A stretch of DNA of 45,119 nucleotides. Origin: a virus. Taxonomy: Duplodnaviria > Caudoviricetes. Positions 34,188 to 42,799 of this stretch are shown here, one piece after another (position 1 is the first letter of the stretch; the number at the start of each line of letters is the position of its first letter). Location of the stretch: positions 1-45,119 of IMG/VR virus record IMGVR_UViG_3300037420_001133. One strand, given 5' to 3'. The notes under the pieces were generated by a model that was given only the letters and a program-made list of their open reading frames with translations, searched no databases and was not told the origin of the DNA. Made by a program: the position numbers and the translations under genes.

Positions 34188-35164
34188 CGCTGCCCGCCGT
34201 GGAACAGGGCATTGCGTTGCGGGTCGTAGTTCAGGGTCCGGGACGCGGGGAACCGGGAGCCCTGCTGCGCGGCGGCGTTGGCCTGCACCCGCCGGGAGTA
34301 GCGGGAGTAGACCGCGTCAACCTCAGGGATGCCGGTGCGGTACGCGTCGGGCAGCAGGATCCGGTACGTGCCCCCGTCCGCCGCGGTGTAGCTGGACGCC
34401 CGGTCCGGGATCGACGTTTTGTTGATGTTCAGCCGGGAACGGAACCTGGTCTTCGCCGCCTTCACCAACTGCGCCTGCGGGTAGTCCAGGCCGAACTCGT
34501 ACTCAACGATGACGTTCTGATCGCCTTCGGTCCACACGTTCGAGTCGACCCGCTTCAACGTCAGGTCGGACTTCACGACCAGGGCGCCCAGTTCGGTGGA
34601 GGTGAGCGCGACGAACGTCTGCCCGGCCCTGGGCGCGACCGACACGGAACGGATGGTGCGGATGTCCGGGTCGGGCAGGGTCAGCGTCGCAGTGCCGGAG
34701 CCGTCGAGGACGACCCGGCGGTAGCGGGGCACGAACGCCCGGTCGCAGATCCATTCGCACTCGACCTCGACCTCGGTCAGGGCGGCGGCGAGGTCGGCCC
34801 ACGGGTACTTCGTGGTGTCGGACAGGGACGTGTCTGAGGCTCTACCTTCGGTGAGGGGGAAGAAGAACCCGCCGACGATTTCCACGGTGTCGGTTTCGGT
34901 GATCGCCGCACCGTTGATCGTCGCCGACCAAGTGACGGTGAGGAGTTTCAGCGTCGACTGCCCCGGCAGCGCGAACGTGTACACGCCAGTGACGCCGTGG
35001 GTGGCGTTGCCCGAGGTGACGCTGGCGCCGGTGGCGTCGGTGACCGCAACCGTGACCGTGGTGCTTGAGTCGGTCGCGGCCTCCGACGCCGAGCCGGCGT
35101 TGCCGTAGAAGGTGTGGGTGAGGGTGGCCGCGGCGCCTTTGGCCACACGGGTCAGGGACGCCAC
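34184..35164 (-). CDS. Head-to-tail adaptor with N-terminal Ig-like domain
   Basis: Thr-rich beta N-terminus (TGVYTF); E.IC.RAFVPR, N..VEY..G, TGIPEVDA..RY. Confidence 0.75.
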   Translation of the reverse strand: MASLTRVAKGAAATLTHTFYGNAGSASEAATDSSTTVTVAVTDATGASVTSGNATHGVTGVYTFALPGQSTLKLLTVTWSATINGAAITETDTVEIVGGFFFPLTEGRASDTSLSDTTKYPWADLAAALTEVEVECEWICDRAFVPRYRRVVLDGSGTATLTLPDPDIRTIRSVSVAPRAGQTFVALTSTELGALVVKSDLTLKRVDSNVWTEGDQNVIVEYEFGLDYPQAQLVKAAKTRFRSRLNINKTSIPDRASSYTAADGGTYRILLPDAYRTGIPEVDAVYSRYSRRVQANAAAQQGSRFPASRTLNYDPQRNALFHGGQR

Positions 35165-35172
35165 GGCTCACC

Positions 35173-35454
35173 TCATCCGATTCGGACGTTGCCGGTGACG
35201 GTTCCGGCGGAAGCGGACACGAAGATCCCGATCGCGCAGCGGACACCGTCGGCGAAGTCGAACTCCTTGTCGGCGTTCGCGGCCGCCGTCGTCCACTGCG
35301 CCAGGATTGTTCCCGAGGCCGCCGTGTTGTCGTAGATGGTCACGGTCGCGGCGGCTGAGGTGACCAGCCAGAAGCCGCGCAGTGTTGCCGGCGTCGCCGA
35401 GACGGTCTGTGTGGCCGCCGCGTTGACCGCGATCGGCGTGGACTGCGCGGCCAT
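35173..35454 (-). CDS. Small beta-rich virion protein
   Basis: TVTIYDNTAASGT; in the head operon. Confidence 0.75.
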   Translation of the reverse strand: MAAQSTPIAVNAAATQTVSATPATLRGFWLVTSAAATVTIYDNTAASGTILAQWTTAAANADKEFDFADGVRCAIGIFVSASAGTVTGNVRIG

Positions 35455-35457
35455 GGC

Positions 35458-35874
35458 TTACCGGTACTTGCAGTTCAGCATGACCACACCACCGGGGCAG
35501 GTCAGGCCCGTACCGGTGGTGGTGATCTCGATGTTCAGCACGTCGCCGGCGGCCGGCTGCAGGTCGGTCGCGGTCGACGACATGGTCAACGCGTTCGCGA
35601 CGGCCTTCGCCGCGGTCACGCCACCGCTGGAGTATGCGATGGCGGTGGCCCATTGGATCGTGCCAGCACCAGCACCGGTGCGGTTGAAGAAGCTGATCGT
35701 GAAGAAGTTCGTCGCCTGGCCAGTGATCGCCGCGCTCGCGGTCCACGTGGCCGACACGATCTGCAGGTTGTACGGCACCACGTACGGGGTGCCGCCGGTG
35801 GCGCCGGACGCGGCCGCGACGTAGGGCACCGGGATGGCCAGCGCCAGGTTCCCGGCGAGTTCGTTGATCTGCAT
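35458..35874 (-). CDS. Capsid decoration-like protein
   Basis: Directly after the capsid gene; A/T/G-rich; AAGDVL. Confidence 0.7.
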   Translation of the reverse strand: MQINELAGNLALAIPVPYVAAASGATGGTPYVVPYNLQIVSATWTASAAITGQATNFFTISFFNRTGAGAGTIQWATAIAYSSGGVTAAKAVANALTMSSTATDLQPAAGDVLNIEITTTGTGLTCPGGVVMLNCKYR

Positions 35875-38800
35875 CAGCTGTTACCCCTCTGGAACCCGCG
35901 GAAGTCCAGCACCGCGCCCGAGTAGATGTGGCGGATCTTGTAGGTGAACTTGTCGGCGTTGAACATCGACCCGACGGTCTGGTCGGACTGGGTGAACAGC
36001 TGCGGGTCCCGCTGGCCCTGGTAGAACCCGACCTCGACGGTGGGGACCAGATTCGGGTCGGCCACGACCGCCCACCCGGTGGTGGACTGCGCGTCCCAGT
36101 AATCGATGACGATGTAGTCCATCCCCCTGTGGATGTTCGGGGTGTTGGATGGGCCGGCGGGGGTGGACGGAATCGCCACAGCCGAGGTGCACAACTGGAA
36201 CGCAATCTCCTCCAGCGTCGGCGGCACCAACAGCAACGACGGGATCAGCGACAGGATATTCGCGGTGTCGCCGTACCCAGCCTGCTTACGCATCTTCGCC
36301 CGGGACGCGGACAGCGCGGTCTGCGACAGCGCCGTCGACGTGGTGTTGTTGTGCCCGGCCACGTACAGCGCGGACGAGTCGTAGATGTTCGGGTTGCCAG
36401 CGGTGCCCAGCGGCCCGACCGAAGTGTCGGGGCGGATGAACTCGAACACGAAGTCGAACAGGGTCCGCTTCGCGGCCAGCGCCAGGTGGAACGGGATCTT
36501 CGCGATGCCCCGGATGTCGTCGTTCGCGATCATCTCCAGGGTGACGTCTTCGGTGCCGCCGCGCTTCGCGACCGCGTAGGTGACTTCCTCGTTCGTCGGG
36601 GACGTCAGCGGCTGGTACGGGGCGCCCTGGCTGACGACCGACAACGTGCCGTAGCCGCCGATCCGCTCGATGCGCTGGGTGCGGAAGTCGTTGACCGGCG
36701 GCATGCTGGACACGACCCGCATCCAGTCGGTGAGGGCCGGCTCGTTGTACTCCGCGACCAGGCGCCGGGTGACGGAGTCGCCCAGTACCAGGTTCCAGGA
36801 GCTCGACGACATCGACTCCGTGGCACGCTTCCCGCGGTACTCGTAGTCACCGGTGCCGAAGGACTCCCGGAGGATCTTCCGGTTGATGTCCTCGTCGCCG
36901 AGGTACGTCGGCTGGTGGCCGGTGAAGTCGAGGTACGCCTCCTTGAACGACTTGTACGCGGGGGCGTCGCTGGGCCGCTTGCTGGTGGCGTCGACCCCGG
37001 ACCAGTGGCTGCGGGGCCGGCCGTACTCCCAGAACATCGCGTCGAGGGACTCGACCTTCCGGTCGACCTCGTCCTTCGTCACCGTCGCCGTGACGCGCGG
37101 CGCGAGGCCCTGCCGCTCGAAGTGCGCCAGCGCACCCTTCAGCGTGGAGATGCGGCCGTCGACGTCGGCCTCGGTGAACCGGTCCGGCAGCTCGCCGAGG
37201 AACGATTTGCTGATCGCGGCCATGCCGGCCGACGCGAGCTTGTCCTTGACGATCAGCCGGCCGAGCGCGGAGGTCTTCTCGAACAGTCCGGCCTCGGTGG
37301 CCCGCTCCGCGGACTCCACCGCCCGAGTGGGCGGGGTGGTTGATTCGGTGGTCTTCGACGGTGCCCGCGCAAGGCCCACCTCGGCGAGCTCGTCGCCCGT
37401 GGCTTCCTTGAGCGCGGCCAGCACGTCGGCCTTGGTTGGGGGCACGTCTGACTCCTCTTCGGTTTCCGTTCCGCCGGCGACGGCGCGGACCGCGACGCCC
37501 CCGGCGGATGGGTTGGCGACAACGTCCGCGGATTGGACGTCGACGATTTGGGTTGCTTCCTGGAGGCGGCGGCCGCCGTCGAGGATGGGTTGGAAGTGGG
37601 CGAGCACGTCGTGGCTCACCCCGACCAGTGGGGGCAGGCCCTTGTCCTGCGCGGCGAGGGACGCGTCCAGCGCTTCCGCCGCATGGGTGGCCGAGGGAAG
37701 CAGGTGCAGGTCGCCGTAGAGCCCGTCGGAGCGGGCTTCGACGTTGCGGTACGACCCGACCAGCCCCGTCAGCGTGGACGAGCGGAGTTCCTCTGCGGTG
37801 CGGTGGTGGTCGTACGCCTTCGCGCCCTCATACAGGGGGACGGCTTCCCGCATGACGGCTTCCTTGTAGCGGCGGCCGTTGCGGGAGTCACCGAACTTGA
37901 TGATCCGCATGTGGAAGACGCGGCCACCGTTCTCGTCGGTGCCCTTGGCCTCAAGGACGCGGCCGGCGATGCGGTCGACCGATTCAGCCGCGGACTCCCC
38001 CGTGTCCTGGATACCGGCCGGCTCATCCTCGGGCGGGTTGCGGTCGGATACTGGGACGTAGGTGCGTTCCACCGGTACCGGGTCGCCGAGGGTGACCTGG
38101 TCGTCGTCGGCGATGCTGTAGGAGCACTGCAACAGGTCGTCGGCGTCTTCGGTGGTGTAGACGGCCTGGGAGTCGGAGATGTCGACGAGGGACACGAACG
38201 CGTACGTGTTGGGGTTCATGTCCCGCATCCGGGCGCGAAGCGCGTCCCGCACGAGGTCTTCGGTTTCCCCGAAGGTGCGGTGTCCGTCGATGACCGCCTC
38301 CGCGGCGGCGATCGCGATGCCGTATTTCTTCGCCGCTGCCCGGATCTTGTTCTTGATCGCGCGTAGCTGCTCCGGCGAGTAGGGGGAGGCGTTTCCGGAC
38401 TGGTTGATGTACGACCAGGCCGCGCGGACATGGGCTTCGGAGTCGATCGGGTAACGCTTCTGCTTATCGACCTGGTAGCCCGGGTCGGCGTACTCGACGT
38501 CGCCGTAGGGCTGCTTCGTGGCCTCGCTGACCCTGTCGGCCACGTCGGTCTCCTCTGCTTCTGCGTACGCGCGGCCGGCCCGGGCTGTGTCGGTGCCGCT
38601 TCCCACGCGTTTCGGCGCCGGTTTCGAGGGCGGCACCGGCGAGGGCTTCGTGGTCGCCTTCGGCGCGACGTGTGGCGCGCTGGGCTTATGGGCAGGTGTG
38701 CCCGGTAGGGCCTTGAGTCCCTGGAGCTGGGCGAGGAACCGCGGGGTGACCTTCCCGTCCTGCGGCAGGCCGAGACGCCGCTGCGCCTCCTTGACCGCCT

Positions 38801-39287
38801 GCGTGGTCAGGGGACCGAGCTTCCCGTCATCGACGAGCTGCCGACCCTGCCCATCGGTCGCGCCAAGCCGATTCAGCGTCTGCTGCAGCTGGTGGACGTG
38901 CGGGTCGCCGTGGGGGCTGTTGTAGCCGGGGCCGGTGTCGGTGTTCGGGTTGTACGCCAGGGTCGTCTTGAGCGGCCCCAGCGTCTTCGTGGACGCCGGC
39001 GCCGCAGCCTTGGTTGGGCGCCTGCCGGTTACCTTGGTGACCTTGGCTGGCGCCGTGTTGTTCCCTGCGGTGAACTGGCCACCGGCGGACGAACCCGCAT
39101 CGGCGCGAGGGTGCAGGTCCTCGCTGAACGCCTCAACGGCCTGCTCCACGGCCTCAACCAGCTCCGGGTCGTCCGCTTCGAGCGCGGCGACCGGATCCAG
39201 GGACTGGATGAACCGGACGTCGTACAGCAGGTCACCCACGCCTAGGGACTCCACAGTGGAGCGGACCGTTTCAGCCCAGGTGTTCAC
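35874..39287 (-). CDS. Head polyprotein: PG-binding + DUF6582-like + prohead protease + scaffold + Mu-gpT-like major capsid protein
   Basis: GTG 39287 with AAGGAG SD. LQQTL..LG...DG..GP.T..AV...Q...GL..DG; PYGDV.YADPG..KRYPID; SRNGRRY...YDHH..VGVSH..SADVV.NP.AGG; NDFR...GGYG.L..V.QG..Y...KRG....T.EMI.NDD. Confidence 0.88.
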   Translation of the reverse strand: MNTWAETVRSTVESLGVGDLLYDVRFIQSLDPVAALEADDPELVEAVEQAVEAFSEDLHPRADAGSSAGGQFTAGNNTAPAKVTKVTGRRPTKAAAPASTKTLGPLKTTLAYNPNTDTGPGYNSPHGDPHVHQLQQTLNRLGATDGQGRQLVDDGKLGPLTTQAVKEAQRRLGLPQDGKVTPRFLAQLQGLKALPGTPAHKPSAPHVAPKATTKPSPVPPSKPAPKRVGSGTDTARAGRAYAEAEETDVADRVSEATKQPYGDVEYADPGYQVDKQKRYPIDSEAHVRAAWSYINQSGNASPYSPEQLRAIKNKIRAAAKKYGIAIAAAEAVIDGHRTFGETEDLVRDALRARMRDMNPNTYAFVSLVDISDSQAVYTTEDADDLLQCSYSIADDDQVTLGDPVPVERTYVPVSDRNPPEDEPAGIQDTGESAAESVDRIAGRVLEAKGTDENGGRVFHMRIIKFGDSRNGRRYKEAVMREAVPLYEGAKAYDHHRTAEELRSSTLTGLVGSYRNVEARSDGLYGDLHLLPSATHAAEALDASLAAQDKGLPPLVGVSHDVLAHFQPILDGGRRLQEATQIVDVQSADVVANPSAGGVAVRAVAGGTETEEESDVPPTKADVLAALKEATGDELAEVGLARAPSKTTESTTPPTRAVESAERATEAGLFEKTSALGRLIVKDKLASAGMAAISKSFLGELPDRFTEADVDGRISTLKGALAHFERQGLAPRVTATVTKDEVDRKVESLDAMFWEYGRPRSHWSGVDATSKRPSDAPAYKSFKEAYLDFTGHQPTYLGDEDINRKILRESFGTGDYEYRGKRATESMSSSSWNLVLGDSVTRRLVAEYNEPALTDWMRVVSSMPPVNDFRTQRIERIGGYGTLSVVSQGAPYQPLTSPTNEEVTYAVAKRGGTEDVTLEMIANDDIRGIAKIPFHLALAAKRTLFDFVFEFIRPDTSVGPLGTAGNPNIYDSSALYVAGHNNTTSTALSQTALSASRAKMRKQAGYGDTANILSLIPSLLLVPPTLEEIAFQLCTSAVAIPSTPAGPSNTPNIHRGMDYIVIDYWDAQSTTGWAVVADPNLVPTVEVGFYQGQRDPQLFTQSDQTVGSMFNADKFTYKIRHIYSGAVLDFRGFQRGNS

Positions 39288-39295
39288 GCCGCTCC

Positions 39296-40573
39296 TTATC
39301 CGGGTCCGACAACTTGGCCGCGGGGCGGCTGCCCGTGGGCGACTCTGTTGAGGTCCGCACCAGGCCAGTAGGCGTGAAGATGCTCGGCGCCCTTGACGTC
39401 CGCGACCGACGTTTCGGCCGCAAGGAGCCGTTCGAGTGCTGAGGAGTAGCCGAACAGGGCCTCGACGGCGGTCGCGGGCTTTCCTGTTCCGTCCGCGGTG
39501 GCATACTGGTCCAGCAGGCGCAGGAACTTTTTCGTCTCGGCGGGGTCGAGGGTGGCGGCCTGCTCGTCGTCGGACAGGTCGCTCAGGTTGCGGCCGGAGC
39601 CGTGCGGAACTGCGGCCAACTTCACCTGCAGGCCGATGGCTGGATCCGGGTCGTCCAGGTAGACGGCGTAGTGCACATCGGCCCACTGCCCGGGGACGGA
39701 CCCTTCGGTGGAGAAGTAGTCACCCCACGTGCCGCCCGAACGCTTGGGCAGGTTCGCCTGTAGGGCCTCGATTTGGGCGGTCAGCGAGTCCCAGAGTTTG
39801 TCCTCTTCGTCAGTCCATTTCCGGCGCATGCCGCGCAGCTTGTCGCGCTTGGCTTCCAGCCGGTCGATCTCGTCGAAGTGGGAGTCGACCGTGGCCTGGA
39901 CCTTCTCACCGTCGTCCAGGGCGGCGGTGATGGATGACTGGAGGTGTTCCGCGGCCCGCGGGTCAAGGTTCGCGGTGTACCCGCCGGGGAACACGTCGGC
40001 GGTGTTAGTGCCGTCGAGTTCCTCAAGCCGTGCTTCGATCGCGGCCTTGCGCTTCGGGTCGGCGTGCGGGTCGGCGTCGAGGCGGTCCCATTCGTCTTCC
40101 AGTGACTTCTGCTCGTCCTGGAGCTTCTTCCGCTCCGCGTTGACCTCGGCTGTGCGGTCCGGCCCGCCCCGCCACGGACCTGCCTCGTCATCCCGGGACC
40201 CGAACCCCGGGCCACCGATGCCGAGCCGCAGCGACTTGTGTCCACCGTGGTCAACGAGTGCCATTCGGACAGTGCCGAAGTCACCCGAAACCTTGTCGGA
40301 GCCGACCAGCTTCTCGCCCGGTTCCAGTTCGATCTTTCCGGCGAGTTTCAGGACGTCCTTGCGCTTACCCGGTCGGCCGTTTTCAGGCACGGCGGCTTGG
40401 TTGACGGTTGGAACGCCGCGGCGTACCCGGCGCAACTCGACATCCACTGCCTTGTGCCTTCGACCGAGGCTGAATACGCGGCCGAAGTGCCCATGTTCAC
40501 CGCGAGGATGGAGGTCCGGGTTCCAGTCCTCCAGCCACCGCCGGACGGCGGGCGAGTCCAGCGGCAGCAGCAT
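39296..40573 (-). CDS. Accessory head protein with 'WNPDLHPR' motif
   Basis: Between portal and capsid genes; shares the DLHPR..G.F motif with the polyprotein N-terminus; coiled-coil segments. Confidence 0.75.
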   Translation of the reverse strand: MLLPLDSPAVRRWLEDWNPDLHPRGEHGHFGRVFSLGRRHKAVDVELRRVRRGVPTVNQAAVPENGRPGKRKDVLKLAGKIELEPGEKLVGSDKVSGDFGTVRMALVDHGGHKSLRLGIGGPGFGSRDDEAGPWRGGPDRTAEVNAERKKLQDEQKSLEDEWDRLDADPHADPKRKAAIEARLEELDGTNTADVFPGGYTANLDPRAAEHLQSSITAALDDGEKVQATVDSHFDEIDRLEAKRDKLRGMRRKWTDEEDKLWDSLTAQIEALQANLPKRSGGTWGDYFSTEGSVPGQWADVHYAVYLDDPDPAIGLQVKLAAVPHGSGRNLSDLSDDEQAATLDPAETKKFLRLLDQYATADGTGKPATAVEALFGYSSALERLLAAETSVADVKGAEHLHAYWPGADLNRVAHGQPPRGQVVGPG

Positions 40574-40575
40574 GG

Positions 40576-40965
40576 CTAGGAGGCGAGCTTCTCCAACGCG
40601 GCGACGAGGCTCTTACGGGCGGACACGCCCTTCGCCTCTTCGACCGCGAGGGCCTTCGCCGCGCGGGTCTTGTCGTCGCCGACCCAGTCGAGGATCTGCT
40701 GCGCCGTACCGTCCGGCACCACATCCTCGTCGACCTCGTCCGCCTCGTCGTCGCCCTCGTCGGACTCGACCGCGGCGTACACCGGGTGGTACTTCGGCGG
40801 GTTCTCCTTCGGGTTCGTGCGGACCCAGTGGTCCACCGGCCCGGTCGGAACCTCGTGCATGCTGCCGTCGAAAGTGACGATCCAGTTGTCGTCAACGCTG
40901 CGGATCTCGCGCTGGCCGGGACGGTGGGTCATCCCGAGCAGTGCGGCGGCCTCACGCTTGTCCAT
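40576..40965 (-). CDS. Hypothetical head-region protein
   Basis: Acidic linker followed by VP.GT...IL.WVG.D..RA..AL..E......RK.L helical domain. Confidence 0.75.
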   Translation of the reverse strand: MDKREAAALLGMTHRPGQREIRSVDDNWIVTFDGSMHEVPTGPVDHWVRTNPKENPPKYHPVYAAVESDEGDDEADEVDEDVVPDGTAQQILDWVGDDKTRAAKALAVEEAKGVSARKSLVAALEKLAS

Positions 40966-40982
40966 GCCTTACCTCTTTCGTC

Positions 40983-42485
40983 TCATCGGGTCAGTACGCG
41001 GCCGTTGACGCGGCCTTCAGCAGCGGGTTGCGGCTCAGTCAGGGACCGACCGCCGTTGTCGTCAATGTGGGTGGCGAGGTCGTCCGCGTTCGCGTCCGGC
41101 CCATCCAGATCAGCGGTGTAGGGCACGCCGACGAACTGCTCCCACGCCTTCCGCGCGGCCAGGTTCGCCGCCGCGGCCGACATGATGCCGTTCTTCACGA
41201 AGTTCCCCAGGCCGGTCGACAGGTTCAGCAGAACCTGCGCGGTCACCTGCGCATCCGCGGCGGCGATCTCTGGGCCGGTACACGACACACTCATCGCCGC
41301 CGGAATCTCGTACTCCTTGCCCGTGCGGGGGTCCTTCGCGGTGACGGTCCTCGGCAGCCGGCCAGCGGCGACGGCCCGGTCCACGGCGAGCCGGTTCAGC
41401 TCGGTCATGTAACCCAGCCACGTCTTCTGCACCCCACCGACACGGCGGCGCACCGGTTCGGCCATGGAGTGGGAAGTGGCCCGGTTCGTGCCATCGGGCT
41501 CCGCCAGCCAGTGCTTCGACAGCCCGGCGCCTCCGGCGATCTCGGTGAGGACGGTGCTGCCGGCCTGGGAGTCCTCCATCGCCCCCGTGGGGGCGGTCTT
41601 CGGCTCCCATGACACGGAGTCGTTGTGAACCTCCACCGACCCGGACTGCGGGATGTGGATGCCGCCGCGGGAGTTGACGAACGCGTCGACCTCGTCCTGC
41701 CCGCCGGTGACGGTGACGTCCCACACCAGGTACCGGGCCAGCGCGGTCCGGTCGACCAGGTTACTGATGATCGTGTCGTAGGAGTCGAGCTGGTCGACGA
41801 TCGCCGACATGAACGGCATCCCCCGCCGGTCCGTGACCAACGCCTTCCACGGCGTCCAGAAGATGCATTCCCCGTCACGAAGGCCGGTGTCGTCCTGGAC
41901 CATCACCACGGACAGTTCCCGACCCTGCGTGCCCGCGGTCATGTTCTGCCCCAGCACCACCACGGACGGCCACAGGGGGTTCCCGTTGAGCAGCTTCACG
42001 TTCACGATCCACGACGGGTCGAACGGGCTGTACCGCACCACCCCGGACCCTGGGCCCTGCATGATCTCCCACGCAATTTCGCCGTTGAGCATCAGGTCCC
42101 GCAGGAACAGGTCCTGCATCTGGAGGCAGTTGCGCGGGTCGGTCCAGAACTCCTGCGCGACAACGTTCACTTCAGGGTTCGTCACCTGCAACGCGACGCC
42201 GGAGTCCCCGACGCAGAACGACGTGTAGGTGTCAACGATGGCCTTCGCCATCGGGTTGATCCGGTACGCGGCGATCGAGTAGGCGCGGGCTTTCTCCTGC
42301 GACCAGTACGGGACCTCACGCCCAACGGAGCCGGCGAGTTTCCACCCGACGTCCCCGTCGACCGGGTCCCGGCCCCAGGAGCCGATGACCGCACCCGACG
42401 CGATGAGCTGGTCCGGGGTCGCCTCGACCGCGCGTTGCGGCGCGGCCTCAGCCGCGCGACGGGCCGGGACGAACCAGGGACGCAT
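40983..42485 (-). CDS. Portal protein
   Basis: 500 aa after terL; Y..NP.AK.IVD...F.VG, L.GE, RG.P, N.ATS..M..P. Confidence 0.88.
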   Translation of the reverse strand: MRPWFVPARRAAEAAPQRAVEATPDQLIASGAVIGSWGRDPVDGDVGWKLAGSVGREVPYWSQEKARAYSIAAYRINPMAKAIVDTYTSFCVGDSGVALQVTNPEVNVVAQEFWTDPRNCLQMQDLFLRDLMLNGEIAWEIMQGPGSGVVRYSPFDPSWIVNVKLLNGNPLWPSVVVLGQNMTAGTQGRELSVVMVQDDTGLRDGECIFWTPWKALVTDRRGMPFMSAIVDQLDSYDTIISNLVDRTALARYLVWDVTVTGGQDEVDAFVNSRGGIHIPQSGSVEVHNDSVSWEPKTAPTGAMEDSQAGSTVLTEIAGGAGLSKHWLAEPDGTNRATSHSMAEPVRRRVGGVQKTWLGYMTELNRLAVDRAVAAGRLPRTVTAKDPRTGKEYEIPAAMSVSCTGPEIAAADAQVTAQVLLNLSTGLGNFVKNGIMSAAAANLAARKAWEQFVGVPYTADLDGPDANADDLATHIDDNGGRSLTEPQPAAEGRVNGRVLTR

Positions 42486-42489
42486 CTAC

Positions 42490-42789
42490 TCAGCCGGCCG
42501 CTTCGGCCCGGGCGCGCTCCGCCGCCAGCTGCGCCTCGGCGGTCAGCGAGATGCGGGACTTCGGCGCGGCCGCGATCGGGGTCACCGTCGCACCCGCCGG
42601 GGTGGGCTGCGACTCCTGCACCTGCGCGATCACCGTCAGGGTCACAGCGAACAAGCCGGCGGTGAGCAGGCCCCACTTCCACGACGTCAGCGACGCCACC
42701 GCGAACACGATCGTGATCAGCCCGACAACGCCGAGGAGGTTCGTCAGCAGGCCGGGGCTGATCCGGGGTACCGGGATACGCACGTACAT
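42490..42789 (-). CDS. Two-TM membrane protein between terminase and portal
   Basis: AAGGAG SD; two hydrophobic helices. Confidence 0.75.
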   Translation of the reverse strand: MYVRIPVPRISPGLLTNLLGVVGLITIVFAVASLTSWKWGLLTAGLFAVTLTVIAQVQESQPTPAGATVTPIAAAPKSRISLTAEAQLAAERARAEAAG

Positions 42790-42799
42790 CGGTGCTCCT

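Noticed and set aside
39288-39686. Extra 133 N-terminal codons of the 1270-aa ORF
   Set aside because: Overlaps the 425-aa gene out of frame with Arg/Pro-rich junk composition; GTG 39287 has a clear AAGGAG SD.
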